DNA from: Heteronotia binoei
Lineage: Eukaryota
DNA length: 64,000 bases
Assembly: GCF_032191835.1 (NCBI RefSeq)
Contig: NW_026800229.1
Coordinates: 310,001 to 374,000, forward strand
Direction: 5' to 3'
In this document: piece after piece, positions 21,419 to 31,549 of the stretch
Numbering within the stretch: the stretch's first letter is position 1
Layout of the letters: each line of letters begins with the position of its first letter
Position numbers and translations under genes: made by a program
Notes under the pieces: model-generated
What the model was told of the DNA's origin: nothing
What the model saw: the letters and a program-made list of their open reading frames with translations, nothing else
Database searches by the model: none

Positions 21419-24400
21419 CGTTATAAACAATTTTATTAGTAACATATGGTAGTAGAACTGTTTCTACAGCTTATAAAAAAAAGCCTTAAGATGAAAGCAT
21501 CATTCTACCCCACATCTTACTTTCCTCCCACCCCACCCCCCAATAATTGACCTCCGCCAGTGTTATTTTTTAAAAAACAGATATTAAAGGTACCTTTAAC
21601 TATCAAGAAAAAAACAAAAATTGATTAAGAAAGAGAAAAAAAGAGAAAAAAAAAACCCTTCAAAAGTTATATTCTTGTCTTAAAGGTCTTAATCTTCAAA
21701 AATTGTCCAGTGTCCTTTTATTTTCCACTCTTTTTCTACATATCTTCTGAATTTCTTCCACTCCCGATTAAAGAGTTCTAAATCGCAGTCTCTTAATTTT
21801 CTTGTTAGCTTATCCATTTCACTCCATGACATAACTTTTAAAGTCCAGTCCCATTTTTCTAGTATTTTTTCTTGCTTCCACAACTGCGCATACAATGTCC
21901 TAGCAGCTGAGAGCAAGTACCATATTAAAGTTCTATCTTCTTTTGGAAAATTCTCCATTTGTAATCCCAGCAAAAATGTCTCTGCTTCTTTTTTAAATTC
22001 ATATCCTAGGATCTTAGATATCTCTTGTTGAATCATCTGCCAAAACATTTTAGCTCTTTCACAAGTCCACCACATATGGTAGAAAGAGCCTTCATATATT
22101 GTCTGCAACTGGATGTGGTGAAAGGTACATCAGAATGGTGGAAGCGGTGTACTCAAAACAAATAGCAAAAGTGAGTTTTAATGGAGTAATGACAGACTCA
22201 ATAGAAATTGAACAAGGTACAAGACAAGGCTGTCCTCTCTCTCCTTTACTTTTTATCTTAACGTTGGAACCGTTGATTAAGAAGATTAGAGAGGATACCC
22301 GAATTCAAGGTACAAGAATACACAGTATAGAGTTGAAGACTTTGGCATTTGCGGACGACCTCGTATTCATTTTGGAACAACCTGTTTCTTCGATACCTCT
22401 TTTGAAACAACAAATAAGAGAATTTGGCGAAGTCTCTGGCTTTAAGTTGAACGCTGCAAAGACTAAAATTCTATCCAAGAATATGACTGAGGACCAGATC
22501 CGGTTACTTGAGGAACTGTCAGGATTCAAACATGAGAAAAAAATTAAGTATTTGGGAATTCATCTTACAAATGATCTAAGGACTTTGTATAGAGACAATT
22601 ATGAAAAAATATTAAAATCGATTCGTCATGACTTAACCAATTGGAAAGATCTTCAGATTTCACTTTTGGGCAGAATTGCAACAATCAAGATGAATATCCT
22701 CCCGAGAGTCCTGTTCTTGTTTCAGACAATACCAATTATGATACCCAAAATTTTTTTTCAACAACTTAATACCATGTCTAAGACTTTTATCTGGCAGGGC
22801 AAGAAGGCTAGAATTAAACTGAAAGTTTTACAAGACAGTAAGTTAAGAGGCGGCCTAGCTCTCCCAGATTGGAACCTATACTATAAAGCATGTGGCATGG
22901 CGTGGCTAAGAGATTGGTGTAAACTGGACAATAAGAGACTGTTGATCATTGAAGGCGCTGGCCTGGGTGAAGGGTGGCACAACTATATGTGGTACCATGC
23001 TCCTGCAAAAACGGGTCATTTCCTTAGGCATGAAATAAGAAGATCCTTGTACAAGATTTGGAGTGATATCAAGCTACAATATTTCTATACTCCCAAGTGG
23101 ATATCTCCGATTGAAGCTTTGACTCACCCCAATCTGTATAACTGGGACAGCCCACAGGACTATGCATATTTATTGAATGATAAAAACGAACTGATTGAAG
23201 AAGAGATTGGCAAGTTAAGTTGGTGGCTTCAGTGTCAACTAAGATCAAGATTTCGGGCTGATAAAGAAAAAGGTTTTGTGAACACACAAATTGAGTTAGA
23301 TTTGATTATAGAATCTAAGCAGAAAATGATCTCCAAGGTGTATGATTGGCTGCTACAAATTAAGATGAGTGACGAAGTGGTGAAGGAGACATGGATCCGT
23401 TGGCTCCAAGACTTTGGCTATAACATAGATTTAGAGGAATGGGAGAGATTATGGAAACAGAATTTAAAGCTGATAAGACCAGCAGATCTTAAAGAAAATT
23501 TATATAAAATGGTTTACAGGTGGTATCTTACACCTAATAGATTGGCAAAAATCTACCCCACATATTCAAACAAGTGCTGGAAATGCCGAGAAGTTAAAGG
23601 CTCTTTATTCCACATATGGTGGCAATGCAAATCAGCTAGAAAGTATTGGGTGCAAATTAACATCGACTCAAAAAATTTTAGAAACACAAATTACCCATGT
23701 GCCGGAACTATATCTCTTGAACATTTGCAGGCAGAAAGTGCCGGTAACAAAGTTGAAATTGCTAATGTATATAATTACAATTGCCAGAATACTATATGCC
23801 AAGTATTGGAAAGGTGAGAAAACCCCGAACAGAGAAGAGTTTATAAATAAACTATTAGAAACCGCTGAGGCCGACCTAATGTCCACAAGATTAAGAAATG
23901 GAAATGTGCAGAAGTGTCAGGAGGAATGGGATCCTGTGTACAAATGGGCTAAAAGTAAAGGATTTGACACGGAGTAACTATATTAAAACATGCCATAAAT
24001 ACTATCTAAGGAAAAGGTTAATGTTTAGTTTTAAACTACCTTATGTAAAGTACAGCTGAAATAATTGTGAAATTATAATTAGAAAACTTGTTCTTATTTT
24101 ATCGAAACCTCTCCTCCCCCCCAGTGTGCTTGGTTGGGTAAGGGGGAATGGATGCTTGTATTTTGTCTATGGCCTAGCTTTTCATTAGGCTATGTACTAT
24201 TTGTATGTGTTGCTTGTTGGTGTATATTTGTTCTTTTTCTTTCTCTTGTCTATGTATTGTTCTTTTCTATCTCAATAAAATGTAAAATTCTTAAAAAAAA
24301 AAAAAAAAGAGCCTTCATGCTTTTTACATTTCCAACACCTATCTGGCATCTTATTGTCCATCTTTGCTAATTTTTTTGGAGTCATGTACCATCTATACAT

Positions 24401-25373
24401 CATCTTAAAACAGTTCTCTTTAATACTATGACATGTTGCGAGTTTCATAGAGTTTTTCCACAGATGTTCCCAAGATTCCATTTTTATTTCTTTATTTACA
24501 TTAATTGCCCATTTTATCATTTGAGATTTCACTACTTCATCTTCTGTGGTCCATTGTAAAAGTAATTTGTACACTTTTGAAATTAATTTCTCATTATCTC
24601 CAAGCAGAACTCTTTCCATTTCTGTTTGCTCTTTCCTTATTCCTTCAGCTTTAATATCATTCTCCATCAAGCTTTTTATTTGTTGCATTTGAAACCAATC
24701 ATATTTATAATTCAATTCTTCTGCAGTTTTCATTTCTATTTTCCCACTTTGTATTTTTAGTAGTTGGTTGTATGATAGTTGTTTTTCCTTAACTGTTTTG
24801 GCCGTTAACTTTATCACTTCAGCCGGCACTATCCACAGAGGTCTTCTCTCATCGCCATATTTCTTGTACTTTATCCACACATTTAGTAAGTTGCTCCTTA
24901 TATAATGGTGAGAGAAAAGACCGTCCATCTTCTTTTTCCCATAATACAAGTAGGCATGCCAGCCGAATTTTTTCCCATGGCCTTCTAGCACTAGAAGTTT
25001 TTTATTTAATAACGTTATCCATTCTTTCAACCATACTAAACAAATTGCTTCATGATACAGTTTCAAATCTGGTAATTGAAACCCACCTCTCTCTTTTGCA
25101 TCTATCAGGACTTTCATTTTAATTCTAGGTTTCCTCCCGGCCCACACAAATTCCGAGATTTTTCTTCTCCATTTGTCAAATTGCTTAGCATCTTTCACAA
25201 TGGGGATAGTTTGAAACAAATACATAATCCTTGGTAAGATATTCATTTTTACTGCAGCTATTCTGCCCAACAATGACAAATTGAGCTTGTTCCACTTTAG
25301 CATATCTTCTTCTATTTTGCGCCAGAGCTTTTCATAGTTGTTCCTAAACAGATCAATATTTTTCATTGTTATC
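21419..25373 (-). mobile_element. 5'-truncated L1 (sister subfamily of the full-length L1), interrupted by another L1
   Basis: 17-bp TSD GGGTTGTAAGGTTCTTC (21402-21418, 25374-25390). Removing the insert restores CWKCKKHEGSFYHMWWTC in an open frame. Confidence 0.9.
22096..24305 (+). mobile_element. 5'-truncated L1 of a different lineage, nested antisense
   Basis: 13-bp TSD AAAGAGCCTTCAT (22083-22095, 24306-24318). QGCPLSP and FADD RT motifs, CWKC knuckle, frameshift near 23665, AATAAA at 24274, poly(A) tail. Confidence 0.92.
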
Positions 25374-25815
25374 GGGTTGTAAGGTTCTTCATGTGGAAAA
25401 GGGATGCTCTTGGCGTGACAGACCTGACTCAGGGACTGACGGGGCCCACCCCAACGCATTTCAGAAGCCCCAGCAGACAATGTGCTCCTTTGCCTTCTTC
25501 CCTCTCCCTCCCCGCCCCCCCAGGATCTGGAGCACTGAGACACACCTCTGGGGCCTGCATGCTTCCTTATGACCAGACGCAAACGTGGCTCAGCTGGGAG
25601 AAGGGCAAGAGAACCACACAGCATTAAGTCATACCCACCACGGTGCGTTGTGGTGGTTTCCATAACCTCACTCCTTGCCACACTTCAAAATAGTTGAGCG
25701 GCCTGGCTCTCTTGTGAGGGGCAAGCGCTCCCCCAGAGAACAGGTGTCTTTTGGCCCCAGGTGTCTCTCCCCTCGATGGCCACCCCCCCCCCCCCGCTGT
25801 CATCAGCTCAGCCAG

Positions 25816-25962
25816 CTAATTGGCCTGTGGCAAGTTCCTGGTTGGTCCCCAAGGGCCCTCTGGCTCCGGGCACAAATGCGTCCTCCTGCAGGGGGGAGGC
25901 CTGGCCTTGTCCCCCCCCCCATCACTGAGCAGGAAGGACGAGAGATGTCGGCAGTGGTGAGT
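25816..25962 (+). promoter_or_regulatory. Candidate upstream exon end for receptor 2 (CTAATTG homeodomain-type site; ATG TCG GCA GTG | GTGAGT donor)
   Basis: Conserved in copy B (36235-36384). Consensus donor in phase 0 with the receptor acceptor at 30386. Confidence 0.45.
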
Positions 25963-26218
25963 GAGGAGGGCAGACAGCAGGCAGCACCAGCATTTGGGCA
26001 CTGGGCCTAACAGGAGTCCTGGGTGGGAAGGAATCCGTGCGGGGGGGGGGGGATTGGGAGGGACCCTGCGGCAGACCCAAAGTTGCCTGAGGTGGGAAGG
26101 GGGGCGGGGCTCATTCTTTGCCTTGGGAAAGACGCCTTTCCGCAGCACTCTCTCTCTCTGTCTCCTCTGTTATTTGCAAAATACTTGGTTTTGCATGCAA
26201 GAACACAATAAAACATTC

Positions 26219-26409
26219 AGGCTTTCTACAGGCTGCGATCCAAATCAGAGAGGCTTTTACTCATGCATAGCTCACAGCTATTTTATGTCATTTAACTTTT
26301 GCTGGTTTTTTTTAAGGTTTTATTATATTCTATAGTGTTACTGTTGGTTTTAAAGTATACTGTATTCTTATATTAATGCCAATAAAGGTCTATGGTATGG
26401 TGTGGGTTT
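26219..26409 (+). mobile_element. Short LINE-like 3' insertion specific to copy A
   Basis: 13-bp TSD CAATAAAACATTC (26206-26218, 26410-26422). Single copy at the empty site in B (36627-36639). (TATGG)n-like tail. Confidence 0.7.
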
Positions 26410-26639
26410 CAATAAAACATTCCGGTTTCATTGTTGTTGTTTTATTTAAATGATCTTATTTTCTGGTTTCCACTGTTGCTGTTGCTGGGTTTTTGGAAAA
26501 TTGCTCAGTTCCTCATATTTTCTTCCTGGTTTCAGTCTTATGGTGACAAATACTTCTCTAGATCCATTTTGATTCATTTTTTTAAGTTGGAAGGCGCCTC
26601 AGAAGCAGATCTGCAGAAAGTTCAGCTATAAATATATAT

Positions 26640-27080
26640 ATGGTGAGGGGTCTGGAGACCAAGTCCTGTGAAGAAAGGTTGAAGGAGCTGGGCATGTTTA
26701 GCCTGGAGAGGAGGCGGCTGAGAGGTGATAGGATCACCATCTTCAAGTCCTTGAAGGGCTGTCATATAGAGGATGGGGTGGAATTGTTTTCTGTGGCCCC
26801 AGAAGATAGGACCAGAACCAATGGGTTGAAATTAAATCAAAAGTGTTTCCGACTCAATATTAGGAAGAACTTCCTCACCGTTAGAGCGATTCCTCAGTGG
26901 AACAGGCTTCCTTGGAAGGTGGTGGGCTCTCCTTCCTTGGAGGTTTTTAAACAGAGGCTGGATGGCCATTTGACAGTGATGAAGATCCTGTGAATTTGGG
27001 GTAGGTATTTGTGGGTTTCCTGCATTGTGCAGGGGGTTGGACTAGATGACCCTGGAGGTCTCTTCCAACTCTATGATATA
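26640..27080 (+). mobile_element. CR1 3' fragment (second CR1 family)
   Basis: Translation [19 protein letters not shown]...NIRKNFLTVRAIPQWNRLP. End CCAACTCTATGAT. Confidence 0.85.
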
Positions 27081-27697
27081 TTTAAATAGAACTTTTACAC
27101 TGAAAGGCAGCCGTCATAAAATTTGGTGCAGTGTTTTATAGAGACCTAAGAGTGATAGAAGCAGGGGTCGTTCTGTAGAAAAACAGGTGGTGGAGCTCAT
27201 TAGCATAACTCATTATCATATGCCCCCTCCACCAGCCAAAAGCAACCCAATGCAAGAAAGGAGAGTCCTGGGTGAACGAGGCCTGTTTGGGCTAGAGATT
27301 CAGCCAGTCTAAGCAGGCCTCGCTCTCCTGGGGCTCTCCTTGGCCACCCCCCTCCCCGCAGTCAAAAGGCCAACAAGCCACCCACCACCCAAAATCACAT
27401 AAGAAGTGGAGAAAGGGTGGCAGGGGCTTCTCCAGGGGTACATGAGGGCTTCTGGGGGTGTGGCAAAGCCCCTGGTGGCTGGCTGGCTGCCCGCTCTCCT
27501 AATCCAGGGATTGTTATGCAGCTGCACCTCCTATTCAATGGACAAGGTAGGTAGGTGGGGAGGAGGGGAGGGCATCAGAAAGGTTCAGGAGCTGTGCTCC
27601 TGTGAGCTCCTGATGAATCTGAGGCCTGGATAGAAAGAAGTCTTTCTTCCCATTTCCTTTTTGTGCTGCCAAGTCACAGCTGACTTGTGGTGGTGAC

Positions 27698-27891
27698 CAG
27701 TTTTCCCTCTCAGCTGAGTGAGCGTGAGCTGGCTCACAGATTTTTAGCCTCCAGCTCACACATTTGTGCCTTCGCTCAGGAAGGAGGGCCCCAGAGCACA
27801 CTCATGGATGCAGGAGCTCACAGCTCTAAGGCCAGGAGCTCACAAAGGAGAATTTTTGCTCACAAGACTCTGCAGCTTAGAGGGAACATTG
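27698..27891. mobile_element. hAT-type MITE
   Basis: TIR CAGTTTTCCCTCTCAGCTG / CAGCTTAGAGGGAACATTG. TSD GTGGTGAC/GTGATGAC. Confidence 0.75.
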
Positions 27892-27899
27892 GTGATGAC

Positions 27900-28785
27900 C
27901 AGGGGCATAGCTAGGGCTTTAGGGGCCTGGCTGGCTGCCTATGGGGGCTGGGGGCCTATGTGTGTGCACGCCGCCAGAAACAGGATATGATGTCACTTCC
28001 GATGATGTCACTTCCGCAAGATGGCCACCACTTGCGAGGGAGCCCTGCTGGAAACAGGAAGTGATGGAGGTGGAGGTGGAAAGAAAGCAACTTCAACTTT
28101 AAATGTGTTCTCCGAGCTGGCCGATGGGGGGGGGGGGGGCTTTAAGAGCCACGCAATGTGTGCGAAAGAGCCAACATATCATATATATGTTTTAAACACC
28201 TGCAACGATGAAGGTTCCAGACCAAAATTCCGGCAGACTTGCGCAATGGCAGATCTACCGGCTGGCTGCGCCGGCAGGGCCAGAGAGACCGGCTCCGCGG
28301 TCGGGAGGCACCGGCGCCACAGCCACCCCCTCCCCGGCTCCCGCTCTATGACCTCGGCGGCCGGCAGCAGCGCAGGCCCCTTGCGCGCCGTGTGGAGCGC
28401 AGCAGCACGCTCCCCGGGCTGCCTCGCCGGAGGCAAGGACCAGCTTGCCCTAGCAACTGGCGGCGCCTCCTTGTGGCGCGCAGGGCAGGGCAGGGAGGCC
28501 CTTGGGCTCGCAGGCGGGCGGAGAGAGCCCCCCTGTTGGAGCTGTGCAGCATGGCCCCAGCAGCCGCCCGCCTCGGCCCCGGCTGCCTCCGGCGCTAGGC
28601 AGCGGCGGCGCCCAGCTCCTCTCCTCGCCTATGATCGCCAGCATGAACGTGGCGCTCCAGGATCTCGGTAGCAACGTGAGTGGCGGCGGCGGGGTCGCCA
28701 GGCAGCCGGCTTCTGAGGGGCCCCTTGGCATTGCCAAGGGGCCCCCCAGACCTGGGGCGACCCGCCCCCCCTCCCTACACCACTG
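27900..28785. mobile_element. 886-bp non-autonomous hAT-type element with CpG-rich interior
   Basis: TIR CAGGGGCATAG / CTACACCACTG. Perfect TSD GTGATGAC (27892-27899, 28786-28793). Confidence 0.8.
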
Positions 28786-29829
28786 GTGATGACTCTGTGG
28801 GGTTTTCTAAGGCAAGAGAGGAGCAGAGGTGGTTTTCCATTGCCGTCTCTGCATAGCAACCCTGGACTTCCGCCTTGGTGGTCTCCCATCCAAGTCCTCA
28901 CCAGTGCCGACTTTGCTCAGCTTCCGAGAACTGCTGGGTTTGGGATCTCCAGGCCATGGGTCCTTTTCTAATATCACTTGGTTGAGCTTAAAAACACCTT
29001 GTACCTCTCAAACAGAAGTCTGTGAGAATTCATTTTATCCAAGCTATCCCTCCCCTTCTGAAATAGAGATCTCCATTGTCTGGGAAGAAGAACTCTCAAC
29101 ATGGTTCCAGTGTGGGTGAGGGGAAGAATGTCGGAGGGGTTTAGCTGTTTCCTGTCGGCTCGTAGACAAAGGTTGTTGTGGGATATTCAGAACCAGCCTC
29201 TTTGCTCTTCTCCTGCCCTTTCAAGCAGCCCATTTGGGGATGGAGGAGGCAGCACCCACAGGCTAGTCCGATCCCATTAAATTTGAATGATGCAGAATTG
29301 ACTGTTAAAAGCAGAAGTCATTCCATAGAAAAAGAGGTGCCAGAACTCATTAGCATAGCTCATTTGCATATGCCACACCCCCTGACATCATTGGAAGGTG
29401 CACTAAATTATATCAGCTCATCAGCATCTATCTTAAAATGCTTCTTGAATTAGAATGGTTATCATAAAACCTGACTCCCAGCCAGTGTTCCCTCCGAGCT
29501 GAGTTAGCGTGAGCTAGCTCACAGATTTTTAACTTCCAGTTCACACAATTTTGTCTTCAGGAAGAATGACCCCAGATCTCCTTTGCGGCCACAGTGGCAT
29601 GAGGAAGATTTCCATCTGTCTGCTTTAGATGTTTTGGTTATTTCCCCATTTTTTTGTGGGGGAAACTACTAGAAAGTTTGTCATACCTTAGAGTGCAGCC
29701 AAATCCTGCGATGTCCTCATGCTTTCCGTTGTCTGATCCACTTTTCATAAGAACAGATTGGGGATCCAAACCCCGTCACAGAAACACCATAATCGCAGCA
29801 CGTGTGATGCTCACAGCAGTTGTTATACA

Positions 29830-30303
29830 CAGTGGTGTCAAACTCATTTGTTATGAGGGCCGGATCTGACATAAATGAGACCTTGAGGGGCCGGGCCATG
29901 TCGGGTTGGGCCAAGCTATATGTGCACCTATTTAAGATTAGGTAGCAGAGATATAAACTTTATAAAGAACACACACAAACACAAATATATATATTTTTTA
30001 AAAATTTAAAATGTTAGCACTCATTGGTGTTAAAGATCTTTCTTTGTATTTCTGCCATGGGATCCAGGGAACTGGGCAAAGGAAACTGTGGCTCTTTCCT
30101 TCCTTCCACAGGGGACCAGGAAGGGGAGGAGCCTCAGCCAATGGAGAAAACAGAGGTTTTGCTCTGCAGCTCCTGTGTGATTGAGCAAGCCATGCAAAGC
30201 AAGCTGTGATGCAAAAGGAAGCAAGAGAGGGAGAAGGAAGCAGTTGACAACCAGTTGCTTGGGGGCCTGATTCAGCCCCCGGACTGCATGTTTGGCACCC
30301 CTG
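29830..30303. mobile_element. hAT-type MITE specific to copy A, ~85 bp upstream of the receptor 2 acceptor
   Basis: TIR CAGTGGTGTCAAAC / GTTTGGCACCCCTG. TSD GTTATACA / (G)TTATAGA. Empty site GTTATACAGGATC in B (~40693). Confidence 0.8.
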
Positions 30304-30386
30304 TTATAGAGGATCAAACCATCCGTCCCTACCCCCCCACACACCCCCTCAGCTCCAGGATTAACGGACACTTTCTGTATCTGCAG

Positions 30387-31355
30387 GTGGTAACTGGGAG
30401 AACGTCCCACTTCTCAACGCCACTTGAGAACCTCAGCTTTGTCTCTCCCACCTTCCTCTTGTCGGGCTTCCCAGGCCTGGAAGACAAAGGCGTCTGGGTA
30501 GCCATCCCTTTCTGCTCCCTGTATGCAGCCGCCATCTTGGGGAACTGCATGGTCGTCCTTGTGATCGTGATGGTCCCAAGCCTCCACAAACCCATGTACT
30601 TTTTCCTCTCCATGCTGGCGGTGACAGAACTGGGGGTGTCCATATCTACGTTCCCCACAGTGCTGAGTGTCTTCCTGTTGGATGCCAGAGAGATTGGGAT
30701 GGATGCCTGTCTCTTCCAGATGTTCTTCATCCACTCCTTTTCCATCATGGACTCAGGAGTCCTCTGGGCCATGGCCTTTGACCGCTTCGTAGCCATCTAC
30801 AACCCCCTGCAGTACACCACTGTCCTGACCAACTCCAGGATCGCCATGATAGGTTTGGGGATTGCTGTGAGGAGCATCGTCCTGATGGCCCCCATACCTA
30901 TTCTCCTCAGGAGGCTGCCATTTTGTAGACCTAACCTGCTAGCTCATCCCTACTGTTTGCACCCAAATTTAATCCGGCTTCCTTGTGCCGACATCACAGT
31001 GAACAGCAGATATGGTTTGTTTGTTGTACTCTCCACTTTTGGACTTGATTTCCTCTTTATTGTCCTCTCCTACATTCTGATAGCCAAGACGGTGCTGGGC
31101 CTGGCCTCCAAGGAAGGGCGTCTGAAGGCCCTCAACCCCTGCATCTCCCACATCTGTGCCGTGGTTGTGTACTACACACCCATGATCGGCGTCTCCATGG
31201 CACATCGTTTTGGCAAGCACGCGTCTCCCCTTCTGCACACCCTCATGGCCCATATCTACCTCCTGGTCCCCCCAGTCCTGAACCCCCTCATCTACAGCAT
31301 CAAGACCAGGGAGATCCGCCACGCCCTCCACCAGTTTTTCTTTCAGAAGTCCTAA
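30387..31355 (+). CDS. Class I olfactory receptor, OR51-like, receptor 2; paralogous ATG is ACG (30417), frame otherwise intact
   Basis: LHKPMYFFL, MAFDRFVAIYNPLQY, HPYCLHPN, SHICAV, HRFG, PPVLNPLIYSIKT. No stop or frameshift. The start given is the first base after the acceptor CTGCAG (30386). Could be a pseudogene if no upstream ATG is spliced in. Confidence 0.75.
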   Translation: MVTGRTSHFSTPLENLSFVSPTFLLSGFPGLEDKGVWVAIPFCSLYAAAILGNCMVVLVIVMVPSLHKPMYFFLSMLAVTELGVSISTFPTVLSVFLLDAREIGMDACLFQMFFIHSFSIMDSGVLWAMAFDRFVAIYNPLQYTTVLTNSRIAMIGLGIAVRSIVLMAPIPILLRRLPFCRPNLLAHPYCLHPNLIRLPCADITVNSRYGLFVVLSTFGLDFLFIVLSYILIAKTVLGLASKEGRLKALNPCISHICAVVVYYTPMIGVSMAHRFGKHASPLLHTLMAHIYLLVPPVLNPLIYSIKTREIRHALHQFFFQKS

Positions 31356-31549
31356 TTCAGAATAGTTCAATGCAGTACTTAAAAAATATATAATTTAACA
31401 GAGAGAAGACATGACTTAGAGTGCTTAAGACAAAAAGGAATTGTGGAAGGCTTCAAGAGGATCTCTTCGAACTGGGGGAATGGGCATTAAACCCCCTCCC
31501 CCACAAAAAAACCCTGAAGTTAAATCTGAAGGCAGAACAAAGCTGTGGC

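Larger units (their letters stand above)
27655..28960 (-). mobile_element. 5S rRNA-headed SINE with Sauria/BovB-like tail, split by two hAT elements
   Basis: 28879-28930 GGTCTCCCATCCAAGTCCTCACCAGTGCCGACTTTGCTCAGCTTCCGAGA matches the reverse complement of vertebrate 5S rRNA. The tail rejoins across 27698-28793. Confidence 0.65.

Noticed and set aside
24272-25681. 469-aa ORF with a novel N-terminus fused to L1 ORF2
   Set aside because: Read-through across the 5' truncation point into flanking DNA. It ends in the poly(A) of the nested L1.
28879-28930. 5S rRNA gene
   Set aside because: Partial, diverged and fused to a LINE-like tail, so it is a SINE head.
30288-30290. MITE-derived in-frame ATG 43 codons upstream of the lost receptor 2 start
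   Set aside because: Real and stop-free, but it lies upstream of the splice acceptor and has weak context. It would need intron retention or a new TSS, so the spliced-exon model is preferred.
30255-30386. Long N-terminal extensions given by the ORF track for receptors 1, 2 and 4 (15544, 30255, 52653)
   Set aside because: They begin at non-ATG codons. Those of receptors 2 and 4 (and probably 1) cross polypyrimidine-AG acceptors, so they are intronic or untranslated sequence.
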